Below, in pieces: positions 15,001 to 27,676 of a DNA stretch of 64,000 nt (position 1 is its first letter; each line of letters opens with the position of its first letter). Source of the DNA: Nemertoderma westbladi. Lineage: Eukaryota; Animalia; Xenacoelomorpha. The notes below the pieces were generated by a model that saw only the letters and a program-made list of their open reading frames with translations, had not been told where the DNA came from and made no database searches. The stretch covers positions 1-64,000 of the forward strand of contig JAUCBJ010007794.1 of NCBI GenBank assembly GCA_032718475.1. Direction: 5' to 3'. The position numbers were made by a program, and so were the translations under genes.

Positions 15001-18000
15001 AACCACATCGGGTGGTATAGGGAGGAGCAGTTGGATTGGGCAGGTGCAAGCGGAAGGGTGGAGATGGAGCCACAGCGGGTGGTATAGGGAGGAGCAGTTG
15101 GATTGGGCTGAGTCTTGTGGAAGGGTTGAGCTGGAGCCACAGCGGGTGGTATAGGGAGGCGCAGTTGGATTGGGCTGAGGCTGGTGGAAGGGAGGAGCTG
15201 GAGCCACAGCGTGTGGTATAGGGAGGATCAGTTGGATTGGGCTGAGGCTGGTGGAAGGGTGGAGCTGGAGCCACATCGGGTGGTATAGGGAGGAGCAGTT
15301 GGATTGGGCTGAGGCTGGTGGAAGGGTGGAACTGGAGCCACAGTGGGTGGTATAGGGAGGAGCAGTTGGATTGGGCTGAGGCTTGTGGAAGGTTGGAGCT
15401 GGAGCCACAGCGGGTGGTATAGGGAGGAGCAGTTGGATTGGGCTGAGGCTGGTGGAAGGGTGGAGCTGGTGCCACAGCGGGTGGTATAGGGAGGGGCAGT
15501 TGGATTGGGCTGAGGCTGGTGGAAGGGTGGAGCTGGAGCTACAGCGGGTGGTATAGGGAGGAGCAGTTGGATTGGGCTGAGGCTGGTGGAAGGGTGGAGC
15601 TGGAAACACAGCGGGTGGTATAGGGAGGGGCAGTTGGATTGGGCTGAGGCTGGTGGAAGGGTGGAGCTGGAGCTACAGCGGGTGGTATAGGGAGGAGCAG
15701 TTGGTTTGGGCTGAGGCTGGTTGAAGGGTGGAGCTGGAACCACAGCGGGTGGTATAGGGAGGAGCAGTTGGATTGGGCTGATGCTGGTGGAAGGGTGGAG
15801 CTGGAGCCACAGCGGGTGGTATAGGGAGGAGCAGTTGGATTGGGCTGAGGCTAGTTGAAGTGTGGAGCTGGAGCCACAGCGGGTGGTATAGGGAGGAGCA
15901 GTTGGATTGGGCTGATGCTGGTGGAAGGGTGGAGCTGGAGCCACAGCGGGTGGTATAGGGAGGAGCAGTTGGATTGGGCTGGTGCAAGCGGAAGGGTGGA
16001 GATGGATCCACAGCGGGTGGTATAGGGAGGGGCAGTTGGATTGAGCTGAGGCTGTTGGAAGGGTGGAGCTGGAGCCACAGCGGGTGGTATAGGGAGGAGC
16101 AGTTGGATTGGGCTGAGTCTTGTGGAAGGGTTGTGCTAGAGCCACAGCAGGTGTTATAGGGAGGCGCAGTTGGATTGGGCTGAGGCTGGTGGAAGGGAGG
16201 AGCTGGAGCCACAGCGTGTGGTATAGGGAGGATCAGTTGGATTGGGCTGAGGCTGGTGGAAGGGTGGAGCTGGAGCCACAGCGGGTGGTATAGGGAGGAG
16301 CAGTTGGATTGGGCTGAGGCTGGTGGAAGGGTGGAGCTGGAGCCACAGCGGGTGGTATAGGGAGGAGCAGTTGGATTGGGCTGATGCTGGTGGAAGGGTG
16401 GAGCTGGAGCCACATCGGGTGGTATAGGGAGGAGCAGTTCGATTGGGCTGAGGCTAGATACTTGAAGTGTGGAGTTGGAGCCACAGCGGGTAGTATAGGG
16501 AGGAGCAGTTGGATTGGGCTGATGCTGGTGGAAGGGTGGAGCTGGAGCCACAGCGGGTGGTATAGGGAGGATCAGTTGAATTGGGCTGAGGCTGGTGGAA
16601 GGGTGGAGCTGGAGCCACAGCGGGTGGTATAGGGAGGAGCAGTTGGATTGGGCTGGTGCAAGCGGAAGGGTGGAGATGGAGCCACAGCGGGTGGTATAGG
16701 GAGGGGCAGTTGGATTGGGCTGAGGCTGTTGGAAGGGTGGAGCTGGACCCACAGCGGGTAGTATAGGGAGGAGCAGTTGGATTGGGCTCAGTCTTGTGGA
16801 AGGGTTGAGCTGGAGCCACAGCGGGTGGTATAAGGAGGCGCAGTTGGATTGGGCTGAGGCTGGTGGAAGGGAAGAGCTGGAGCTACAGCGTGTGGTATAG
16901 GGAGGATCAGTTGAATTGGGCTGAGACTGGTGGAAGGGTGGAGCTGGAGCCACAGCGTGTGGTATAGGGAGGAGCAGTTGGATTGGGCTGGTGCAAGCGG
17001 AACGGTGGAGCTGGAACCACAGCGGGTGTTATAGGGAGGACCAGTTGGATTGGGCTGAGGCTGGTGGAATGGTGGAGCTGGAACCACAGTGGGTGGTATA
17101 GGGCGGATCAGTTGGATTGGGCTGAGGCTGCTGGAAGGGTAGAGCTGGAGGACAGCGGGTGGTATAGGGAGGAGCAGTTTGATTGGGCTGAGGCTGGTGG
17201 AAGGGTGGAGCTGGAGCCACAGCGGCTGGTATAGGGAGGAGCAGTTGGATTGGGCTGAGGCTGGTGGAAGGGTGGAGCTGGAGCCACAGTGGCTGGTATA
17301 GGGAGGAGCAGTTGGATTGGGCTGAGGCTGGTGGAAGGGTGGAGCTGGAGGACAGCGGCTGGTATAGGGAGGAGCAGTTGGATTGGGCTAAGGCTGGTAG
17401 AAGGGTGGAGCTGGAGGCACAGCAGGTGTTATAGGTAGGAGCAGTTGGATTGGGCTGAGGCTGGTGGAAGGGTGGAGCTGGAACCACAGCGGGTGGTATA
17501 GGGCGGAGCAGTTGGATTGGGCTGAGGCTGGTGGAAGGGTGGAGCTGGAGCCACAGCGGGTGGTATAGGGAGGAGCAGTTAGATTGGGCTGAGGCTGGTG
17601 GAAGGGTGGAGCTGGAGCCACAGCGGCTGGTATAGGGAGGAGCAGTTGGATTGGGCTGAGGCTGGTGGAAGGGTGGAGCTGGAGCGACAGCGGGTGGTAT
17701 AGGGGGGAGCAGTTGGATTGGGCTGAGGCTGGTGGAAGGGTGGAGCTGGAGCCACAGCGGCTGGTATAGGGAGGAACAGTTGGATTGGGCTGAGGCTGGT
17801 GGAAGGGTGGAGCTGGAGCCACAGCGGGTAGTATAGGGAGGAGCAGTTGGATTGGGCTGATGCTGGTAGAAGGGTGGAGCTGGAGTCACAGCGGATGGTA
17901 GGGAGAAGCAGTTGGATTGGGCTGAAGCTGGTGGAGCTGGAGCCACAGCGGGTGTTATAGGGAGGAGCAGTTGGATTGGGGTGAGGCTGTTGGAAGGGTG

Positions 18001-18965
18001 GAGCTGGAGCCACATCGGGTGGTAGGGAGGAGCAGTTGGATTGGACTGAAGATGGAGCCAAAGCGGCTGTTATAGGGAGGAGCAGTTGGATTGGGCTGAT
18101 GCTGGTGGAAGGGTGGCGCTGGAGCCACAGCGGGTGGTATAGAGAGGAGCAGTGGGATTGGGCTGAGGCTGGTGGAAGGGTGGAGCTGTAACCACATCGG
18201 GTGGTATAGGGAGGAGCAGTTGGATTGGACTGAAGATGGTGGAGCTGGAGCCACAGCGGGTGTTATAGGGAGGAGCAGTTGGATTGGGCTGAGGCTGGTG
18301 GAAGGGTGGAGCTGTAGCCACTGCGGGTGGTAGGGAGGAGCAGTTGGATTGGGCTGAAGCAGGTGGAGCTGGAGCCACAGCTGGTGGTATAGGGAGGAGC
18401 AGTTGGATTGGGGTGAGGCTGTTGGAAGGGTGGAGCTGGAGCCACATCGGGTGGTAGGGAGGAGCAGTTGGATTGGACTGAAGATGGAGCCAAAGCGGCT
18501 GTTATAGGGAGGAGCAGTTGGATTGGGCTGATGCTGGTGGAAGGGTGGAGCTGGAGCCACAGCGGGTGGTATAGAGAGGAGCAGTGGGATTGGGCTGAGG
18601 CTGGTGGAAGGGTGGAGCTGTAACCACATCGGGTGGTATAGGGAGGAGCAGTTGAATTGGGCTGAAGATGGTTGAGCTGGAGCCACAGCGGGTGTTATAG
18701 GGAGGAGCAGTTGGATTGGGCTGAGGCTGGTGGAAGGGTGGAGCTGTAGCCACTGCGGGTGGTAGGGAGGAGCAGTTGGATTGGGCTGAAGCAGGTGGAG
18801 CTGGAGCCACAGCTGGTGGTATAGGGAGGAGCAGTTGGATTGGGCTGAGGCTGTTGGAAGGGTGGAGCTGGAGCCACAGCGGGTGGTATAGGGAGGAGCA
18901 GTTGGATTGGGCTGAAGCTGTTGGAAGGGTGGAGCTGGAGCCATAACGGGTGGTATAGGGAGGGG
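1..18965. repeat. 67-bp G-rich tandem satellite, open at the left window edge
   Basis: Unit GGGTGGTATAGGGAGGAGCAGTTGGATTGGGCTGAGGCTGGTGGAAGGGTGGAGCTGGAGCCACAGC repeated head-to-tail. Nearly perfect at ~340-2800 and ~3300-7500, variant-rich at 10-17 kb, degenerate with short monomers at ~17.9-18.96 kb. Confidence 0.99.
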
Positions 18966-20788
18966 CGGTTGCCCTGGTGACATTACGATCCAATCAGGGT
19001 ACCAAGTGCTGGGTGCCTCTCAAAAGGTAGGTGCTAAAATGCACAACGAGTAATAATGAGCACCAATGAGCAACAACGAGCAAACACTTGGGAACTATGA
19101 TAAATACACATCATGACTATTGGATAAACAGTAAATACAATACGTAAGTAGCTGTGTAACAGTAACTATAATACAGTAACTTAACAGTACACCACTATGT
19201 ACTGTAGATTGAAGATACATTCATTATACAGTATAATGTATCCCAGTAATATACCGAATATACACCATATCCTATGTATAATATAGTGTCGTTATTGAGG
19301 CGCAACCCCCCCCCCCCCCCGCCCAAATTTTTACACAATGCCTTTTTTTGCAGAATCGCACCTTTTTTGACGAAAGGAAACGACATCGATATACTGTATG
19401 TACATAGAAATGTTGACAACTCCACCTGAACAAGCCTGTGTATAAGATGAGTTTCATAATATCATTCACGTAACTACTCGACTATTTACTTCAAACTGGG
19501 ATTGATTAATGAGCGAAGCGAGTGACACAAAAACCGAGGACCTAAAGCTATGGGACCTAAACGCTATGTGACCTGATGACTTACTGCTACTGACCTAACT
19601 CAGTAACTGCCTAAAGTATACAGATGTGTGGACCTAACGCTACCAGGCTGCCAGGCTACATTGTCCACAAAAGAGATTCTCATAAATGTTTCCATTTCAA
19701 GCACAACTTTTATATATTAGCCCATAATTTATTAATTTATAGGCCTATAGGCTAATGACAGACAGAATGACTACTGGTTGCCAATAGGCGGTAGGCCTAG
19801 ATAGCAGGTCCGCAGCTTGTACAATGATATAGTCATAGTCCACAACAAGAGAGGGGATGGGATCACTGGGGTTATATTGATGCCTTGTCTTACAACGACC
19901 TGTGAGCAAAAGTGTGGTTTGTCGGCCGGATGGTTAAAACCCTCCATTAATTAAAAATGAATGAGCATAATTTAATAAGTATTACTAACCCAATTTGATT
20001 TTTAATATTAAAAAAATTATAATTACAATACGTTAAACTGAATTAAAAAATACGTAACTAATGATGTATGTACATAACATAGTTTACTTTAAAACAAATT
20101 AGATTTTCAATAAAATTACCTTATCAGAGTATTAAAATTAAATTACGTACATTTTTAGAAGGTATTTTAGGGGGTGCGCTGGCGCTGGCGCTTGGATTTA
20201 TTTATTTCTTTATTTACATTTATTAGTATACTTAGAGACAGGGGCAGGAAGGAAGCTTGTCGAATGTACACAAATACTGTATAAGCAAATGCAATGCAAC
20301 GGCAGCCATCGCGCTGCTACGTCAATGGAGGAGGTCTTTGGCCTTGATTCTGATTTAAGGAACACAGAAACTAACTTCTAATATAACAAAAATTTAAAAA
20401 TATTCCAAAGGATGTTTTTCTGAACTAGTTGTTAGTGTAATAATAGGCCCTGCCCTACAAGAACAAGACTCAGTCTGGGACACTACCACAACACTGCCAT
20501 GTAAATCCAATCGCGGTCCATCCACAAAGTCAAGCAAGCTCCATCCACCGCCCTGTCAATCACATAGCGACTTGGCCATTAACAAAAGCCAGTTCTCGGC
20601 GGGAATCTGAGTTCAAAGGCTTGCCGCAGTTGAGAGATGTAAACTGTTACCTTGAAATCATTTCAATGTCATTTTAATATGAGACAGAAAGTCTGGAATT
20701 TCGGTGTGTCGATTTCAAGGTCATTTCAATATGGCATCAATGTCATTTCAATGTCAATGATACTTTCAATGATATTCTATGGACACAT

Positions 20789-20843
20789 TTTGATCAAACT
20801 TTGATCAATGTTTGATCAAAGTTTGATCAATGTTTGATCAAAG
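20789..20843. repeat. Five tandem 11-bp units TTTGATCAA(A/T)N
   Basis: tttgatcaaac tttgatcaatg tttgatcaaag tttgatcaatg tttgatcaaag; the core TTTGATCAAA is palindromic. Confidence 0.9.
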
Positions 20844-20953
20844 GAATGCTTTTTGAGAGCGGGACTGTAGATGATATATTTATGGCTATTATAGCCAGAC
20901 AGCCAGATACGAGTAAGCCAGTCCCGGTAGCTTTAGGTCCTGGTGGCCTGGTA

Positions 20954-23192
20954 CAGTACTGCTTTCAAATAACGTCGTATTGGATCCTAATAGGATCCTA
21001 TTATAGGATCCAAGTCACTGATTCACTACTATAGGAGTTAGGATTTAATTGTAAATGAAATTTAGCCCAAATTCCAGACTTGGAGGCACTTAGGATTTTA
21101 CATGGATTTTATTAGGAACTTAATTGGAAATCGGCGCTTACTTTGATGTCTGGAAGGTGGACTGACTCAGACTATGCTTGTGCTAGTCCACTTCTTCTCT
21201 ATCCTGTCAATCATTAAGTTGTATAGAATGGACTAGACTCAGCATAAAGTTTGCGTAGTGTTCAGTTCATTAAATTGAGGTATGGTTATCGATGGAAGAT
21301 TACACTCCTACTGTACCTTGTATTGCCAGCCTCTGACAGTCTGACGTAAATAATATTTAAAGTATAAACTCTAATAGATGAAATCCACACACATCCGCAC
21401 ATAGTTAACGTGCCGTGGGCTGGTAGGCTCTGGAATAATTTGAAATCGTATTGAACTTACAAATAAATTTAGGATCACAAACTGTATTTATTACTATTAA
21501 ACATATTTTCAGTAATAAAGAGTAAAACACAATATTTGTGTAATTATTAATAGAACAAATATTAGTTTATTTTTATTTATTAGTTCTACAAACTTAACCT
21601 CTTGGCATATTGATATTAGTATTAATTATAAATTATATTTATTTTACCATGGAAATGGTAAAATTGCCAGATCTAAAAAGTTCGCACAATAATTTAAATA
21701 AAATTATTACAAGTTTGACATCCGAATACAATCAGATTACGCCTAAGCAGCCCACTTCTTGTTGAAGCTCACTCAACGTGTTGACGGGCCTACTTTACAC
21801 AAGCGGCGATACCTTTACCATATGGTAGTTAATGTGTCCAGATGTTGAGTTAAAGCCAGTAGTGTGTTCTTTGCATATTTAACATTAGCCTATGGGGAGT
21901 ATTGTTGTTGTAAGACAAGTCAGGGGAAGGGAAATACAACTCAACCATACTAGACAAAGCAGCCCTCTTTACTACTTTCAGCTATCCCGGGAGATTGATT
22001 GACAGACACTTCTAAGCTTTGATATTTAGCCACTCTAGGTAGACTTACATTAGGCAAATTCCAAGTGATTTTCTAAAGGTTATTTAGTAGGAGCCCGCTT
22101 GACAGCGGGATACTTACTGTAAGAATCTTCAGGATACATTACACTGACTGACATACTGACTGATAATTATCTAGGTTAAGGCACTTCCTGCCTGGCGATT
22201 TTGATGAAATTTTGCAAGTACATTGCTTTGGTGGTTCATAATTGCGTTACAAAATTTCAGATCGATTCTATGTGTGGTATTCGATATATTTAGTTTTTTG
22301 ACATTGTTTTGTCGCGAAATTAAAAGCAATGGTAAAATAACAGCTGGTGTTCATGATGAAATATGGCTTAATTTGTTATACACAGTCATAGAAAAACGTG
22401 TTGGTTGCCAAGTTTTACTAGTAGGCTATAAGGAAAGGCAATGTTTACTCACACATAAGCTGTTGGTTTCTAATGTATTACCCCATAAGCTGATTGCTCT
22501 CCCAGTGCTTCCTAAGGGTATATCTACAATAAGGTTACTCACTCTGCTATGTTAGGGGGTGGATCAGGAGAATGAATTTTAGTTACACAAAGCAGTGTGT
22601 TGTGTCCTATTGCAGTCGATACTCACTGTGGATTGCAAAATGTTTTATAGTTGACCTACACTATAATACAGTAGTTGCATGTATTTAAGGAGCCCGCTCT
22701 GGCCTACCGCCTAAGGAGTACCTATATTACATATTCACATAGAATTCACTGGGAAGAGATATTCCGCTTGACGACGGGGTAATACCTATAGAAGGAAACT
22801 AAATTTGTTATTTGGCTCTATTCGTTGTTATTTATCTGGTTGTGCATCATGGGCATTTTTTATAAATATTCGGTAATCGCATCTTATATCTTGTAAACGT
22901 TCTTGATAATGAAATTATTTGCTTCATATTATATTTTTGTTAGTGGTAGCTAAGTTGCATTTTTAATTATGTGGGGCGAGCCACAAAGTCAGCTAGCCTC
23001 ACGCCTTGCAGTTTAGACAATTTTAGTTTACTTACTGCTGACTGACATAGTTCTTTGTAATAGTCTTGGCTAGGATTTTTCCCTCGGGCTCCTTCCAGCC
23101 AGCTTGCTGGCTTTCTAGTTTCCTATTAGGTTCCTATTAGGATCCTATTAGGATCCAATGATCCAATAGGATGTTATTTGAAAGCGTTACTG
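20954..23192. mobile_element. Non-autonomous DNA transposon (Tc1/mariner/pogo-like ends)
   Basis: TA|CAGTACTGCTTTCAAATAAC at the left and GTTATTTGAAAGCGTTACTG|TA at the right form imperfect TIRs with a TA duplication. Both ends carry sub-terminal GGATCCTAATAGG-type repeats in inverted orientation. No transposase ORF. Confidence 0.6.
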
Positions 23193-23734
23193 TAGCTTTT
23201 AAGTCCGTGGCCTACACTTTACACAGGTTACATAGACGAGTGGAAAGGAACCCAAACTTAAACGAGAGTTAGGAATAATTTAATTGGGAATTAGGACCGA
23301 TTTGGACCTAACGCTACATTACCACTGACTAGGCCTACACTTTGCAGTTTGTAGGGCCTAATTAAGACGTTCCTTCCATACAGGAAATATGGTTCATGGA
23401 CAATATTTCCATATGTTTCCATATTATACATACACACACACGCACCGACATACAATCAGACATACAAACAGATGAATTGACTTTTCAATGTTGATTAACC
23501 ATCGCCCTGACTTGGAAAATTGACGTGTTTACATAATTCGACTTTGCACAATTATTATGAGTAAAACTATAATGGGTCATTTTAACCCAAACGGCCCTTG
23601 GCGTTGCCTAAATAATAAAAGTCAAATAAAAAAAAAGTGTTAAAGTAAAAGTTGTGACCCCGATACATTTGGATAGAGTATAAAAAAGTAGGAGAGGTCA
23701 TGAAATATTGTGACCCCAATAATTATATTGAATT

Positions 23735-24075
23735 TTGTACAGTACATGTAAACTTAGAACTCGCAACAGTGGGTGTAAGGTGGACTCCGAGTGGAAGATA
23801 ATTCCAAATATTGGGCGCAGCTACAGCGAAATATCGATTACAGTAGCTCTCTAGGTTAAATCGTGGGATGATGGGGAGACTCTGGTCATTGGAGCGCAGT
23901 GGGCGTGGTTGATAGTGTGGATGCAAGAGATCAGTAAGATAGGCCGGACCCATATTACTGTATTAAAGGCACACTTACTGTATATGTCAAAAGTGCAAAT
24001 TTATTATCAATACGGCGCAGAATAGGCAGCCAATGAAGATCACGCAACACTGGTGTAATGTGCTCTGTTTTACCG
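23735..24075 (-). pseudogene. 3' fragment of an L2/CR1-group non-LTR retrotransposon ORF2 (post-RT C-terminal region)
   Basis: Frameshifted translation KTEHITPVLRDLHWLPILRRIDNK...GPAYLTDLL...RPLRS...RYFAVAAPNIWNYLP matches the HITPVL-x-LHWLP...AAP-x-WN-x-LP signature of L2/Crack ORF2 C-termini. Confidence 0.85.
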
Positions 24076-24164
24076 AAACGTAACTTTATTGCCGAATTAC
24101 TACTCTTGCCGAACGCGATAGTTGCCGAAACGCGATGTAACCACTGCGCTGCAACGTACAGTAC

Positions 24165-24920
24165 CTGTATGTAAGTGGTCGCCAGGCGCCCGCAGTCTGT
24201 CTGTAACTGGTCGCCAGGCATTAGCAGTCTGCCTGTAACTGGTATCCAGACGCCTGCATTCTGTCTGTAACTGGTAGCCAGGCGCTAGCAGTCTGTCTGT
24301 AGCACTGTATCTGGGAGGCAGGCGCTAGCAGTCTTCCTGTATCTGGTATTCAGATACCCGCAGTCTGTCTGTAACTGGTAGCCATAGCCAGGCGCCAGCA
24401 GTCTGCCTGTAACTGGTAGCCAGACGCTAGCAGAGTCTGCCTGTAACTGGTATCCTGATGGCCGCAGTCTGTCTGTAACTATGGTAGCCAGGCGCTAGCA
24501 GTCTGACTGTAACTGGTATCCAGTTACAGTCTGTCTGTAACTGGTAGCCACGCGCCAGCAGTTTGTCTGTATCTGAGCAGAGTCTGCCTGTAACTGGTAT
24601 CCTGACGGCCGCAGTCTGTCTGTAACTGGTAGCCAGGCGCCAGCAGTCTGCCTGTAACTGGTAGCCAGGCGCCAGCAGTCTGCCTTTAACTGGTATCCAG
24701 ACGCCCGCAGTCTGTCTGAAACTGGTAGCCAGGCGCCAGTAGTCTGTCTGTATCTGGTAGCCAGGCGCCAGCAGTTTGTCTGTATTTGGTAGCCAGGCGA
24801 CAGCAGTCTGCCTGTAACTGGTAGCCAGGCGCCAGCAGTCTGCCTATAACTGGTATCCAGACGCCCGCAGTCTATGTCTGTAACTGCAACTGGTAGCCAG
24901 GCGGCAGCAGTCTTTCTGTA
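24165..24920. repeat. ~32-bp minisatellite CTGGTAGCCAGGCGCCAGCAGTCTGCCTGTAA
   Basis: About 23 imperfect tandem units with alternating TAGCCAGG and TATCCAGA variants. Confidence 0.92.
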
Positions 24921-25064
24921 TAAGAATGTAATTTAAAGTGATAACTAACGTAGTTACTAAGGTAGTTACTAATAATTGTTCTATAAAGGTCTTAATACTT
25001 GCCGCCTTTGATTGCCTTTATGAGACTTTATTCATTGCATAAGTAATTGCCTTTGTCAAAAGTG

Positions 25065-25072
25065 TATAAATA
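25065..25072 (+). promoter_or_regulatory. Candidate TATA box
   Basis: TATAAATA ~90 nt upstream of an AAAAATG start that opens a hydrophobic peptide. Confidence 0.3.
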
Positions 25073-25156
25073 GGAGGAGTTTTAGGCATTAAAACCATTC
25101 TCTATCAGAAAATTATCATAACTTTAGTTACAAAGTTATTTACAAATACTGTAAAA

Positions 25157-25213
25157 ATGTTACCCGTAAGTCTTAAACTATTTCCTCTGCTGTCAGCTCT
25201 TTTCCTACTCCAG
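25157..25213 (+). CDS. Candidate first coding exon (signal-peptide-like) of a host gene
   Basis: MLPVSLKLFPLLSALFLLQ followed by a CAG|GTAGGT splice donor and preceded by a TATA box; no downstream exon identified. Confidence 0.3.
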
Positions 25214-26215
25214 GTAGGTTTATTTAATGCATAAAGTATTCATTTAGCGTTGTTATCTGAATTATTCATTTAATGATTTGCTCACATGAAAAAATAAACC
25301 CTTTATTAAGGATGTTAGATTTATTCATCAAAACAAAAAAAAATGTTTTCTCACAGAATTATTCCACAAACAGAAATTTTATTTAAATGGTTAGCATCCT
25401 AGAGAGAGTGACAACGCATACATGACTGTAGCCAACAGCTGTTTGACTGTTTGACTAGTTGTCCGTATAGGTTATCCCCGTCACCACCATTTGGTCTCCC
25501 CATGTTGCGTTGGATATCCGTCTGTCCACGTCTGTTTCCCTGGCCACGTCTTATTCCCATGTCCACATTTGTTGTCCCGTTGTCCCCACACCAATTGTAC
25601 CCCAACTCATATCAGTTTTCTTGTAATATTGTAATATGTGGTGGATTTTTCAACATTTTCTATCGCAATAATTTTTATTATCCGTTTAAATCACTCATGA
25701 TGTCCTTTTTTTTACTTTTTATGTCCTCCAGAAATTTACCATTAGTTTCCATGCTACCGGTTTCTCTACTGCTGTTCTCCCAGGCTGCTATCAGTACCGG
25801 TATTAGTATATAGAGCACTATTTCGCAGTATTATTGCTGTATTGTTTGTACAGATGTAGGTATTAAGCAGGTATTTTAGGTATTTTAGTACCGGCACCGG
25901 TACTGCTCTAGGCCTACTGTGTAGCCTTACCATTAGAATACGGTATTGGTAGGCCTACCGGCTGACCGGTTGTGCTACTAAATTTTAAATAATTGATAGA
26001 CCAAACTGGATTGTGGAAAATGTGGATATACCTTTCAGTTTCACATACATAATTTATCAGTTTTATAATAGATCATGACTACTGTCTGTGTAGTGTTACT
26101 GATAGCGGCACCACTACTTCCAACAGCACAGATCAGTTCATAAACTTATACGTACTCGAAAAAACTACTTATACATGTTATACCCCGTTACCGTTTCCAT
26201 TTGATACCGTTACCG

Positions 26216-26467
26216 TTGGTTAGAAAATCCCGCTTCTGTAACATGCTCCTTTCCCTCAATTAGTTAAGTGATCGTTTATTGTTTTGGTTAGAAAATCCCG
26301 CCTCTGTAACCTGCTCCTTTCCCTCGATTAGTTAAGTGATCGTTTATTGTTTTGGTTAGAAAATCCCGCCTCTGTAACCTGCTCGTTTCCCTCAATTAGT
26401 TAAGAGATCGTTTATTGTTTTGGTTAGGAAATCCCGCCTCTGTAGCCTTCTCCTTTCTCTCAATTGG
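26216..26467. repeat. 68-bp tandem repeat (~3.7 units) interrupted by element A
   Basis: TTGGTTAGAAAATCCCGC... recurs at 26216, 26284, 26352 and ~26420; the fourth unit is cut at the LTR terminus. Confidence 0.92.
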
Positions 26468-27025
26468 TGTGACGGGATCCAGGAAGGTTCCCGGTTTATC
26501 CGGTTTGTTAGTTCACGCGTGCGTTGTCCCCGCCGTGCGTGAAGGGTAAAAGAGTTTGTGTGATGTTCGTTGTATATAATGATCGGCAAATAAAATGGAT
26601 ATAGATACAGTTATAGATTGTTGTACACGGAAGGCGGGTTAATGTTGACGTACGGTAATTAAAGTCCCCGTCCTTCCCTAACTAAACTTACTAACCTAGC
26701 TAGCACCAATATGACACACTGAGATAACTAACTGATATGATTACAGGTAACTGGTTATATTGCACGGGTGGCCTTGTTGCTCTACTCAATCGGTGCCTTT
26801 CCCCCCTCTGATTGGTTGATACCCTTGTTGGCGCCTTTTGGGGTGTTCCCGTTCACCCCAGCTATTCTCTCTCTTGTCAGGGGAGTAACCCCTGACCCTC
26901 ATTGTGTGCTTCTCCTTCCCATTTTGTTGGGGAGACACGAGTTGGTAATTACCCAAACTCGTGTCCCCCAATATTGCTTATCGGCTCAACTTTATGGGGT
27001 GTTAGCGGGATTGAATAAGCTAACA
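26468..27025 (-). repeat. 3' LTR of element A (558 bp, TGTTAG...GTCACA)
   Basis: About 10 substitutions seen by eye versus 59207-59742; TG...CA ends; preceded on the minus strand by a purine tract. Confidence 0.95.
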
Positions 27026-27034
27026 CTCCCCCCC
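27026..27034 (-). other. Polypurine tract of element A
   Basis: G-run plus AG immediately before the TGTT of the 3' LTR on the minus strand. Confidence 0.85.
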
Positions 27035-27676
27035 ATGCTATCTTCCCGGTGAGAATCCCGCTGGATCCCGATCTAGCATCGGGTGTGGGGTGGAAATCTT
27101 TTCTCTCGGAGTCGGCTTTCCAGGCCGCTCCCTCTGGGTATGATAACGCTACCCTGTACGCCTGGCGTCCATGTCGGGCCGATCGTGCTCACCTCTCACA
27201 CGATTTTTGTTTCCCCAACACTTTCGCCCTTGACTCTACTCTTCTCTCACTCTAACTCTCGGACTTCTCTGTCCCTCACTCAGCCTCTTACTCCTCCCCC
27301 CCCACACTAGGATTGCATCCGCACCCTCTCTGCACTCCGCACTATCATTCTTCCCTCGACCCCTCATTGACTACCTCATACCCTCTGACGAATGTCACCC
27401 CCCCCCCCCTCCCATGCCGTCGCACTCAAGAAGTGTGAAATTGTCTCGTGTCTCGTTCATAGTCCCATAGTCAATTTAGCCCCCGTTCCCAGTAGCTAAT
27501 TGAGAAAGGTTGTATGACTATAGTACTTACTTCGAGCGTATATATTTCTAGATTACTGATTACTACGTACGTACATACAAATTGCACTTATATTGATTAT
27601 TTACATTAAAATTAAATTTGTATTTAATAGTTCGCACGTCTCGCGTGGCGCCTTCCAGGCGTACCACACTAAAGTC

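Noticed and set aside
1-18965. Chi site GCTGGTGG in each monomer and resemblance to immunoglobulin switch repeats
   Set aside because: Expected by chance in a G-rich unit; no RecBCD context or Ig exons.
334-18993. Giant Pro/Ser-rich ORFs (up to 2,871 aa) as real genes
   Set aside because: They are the 67-bp satellite read in three overlapping, rotating frames; a non-triplet unit and indel variants show no frame constraint.
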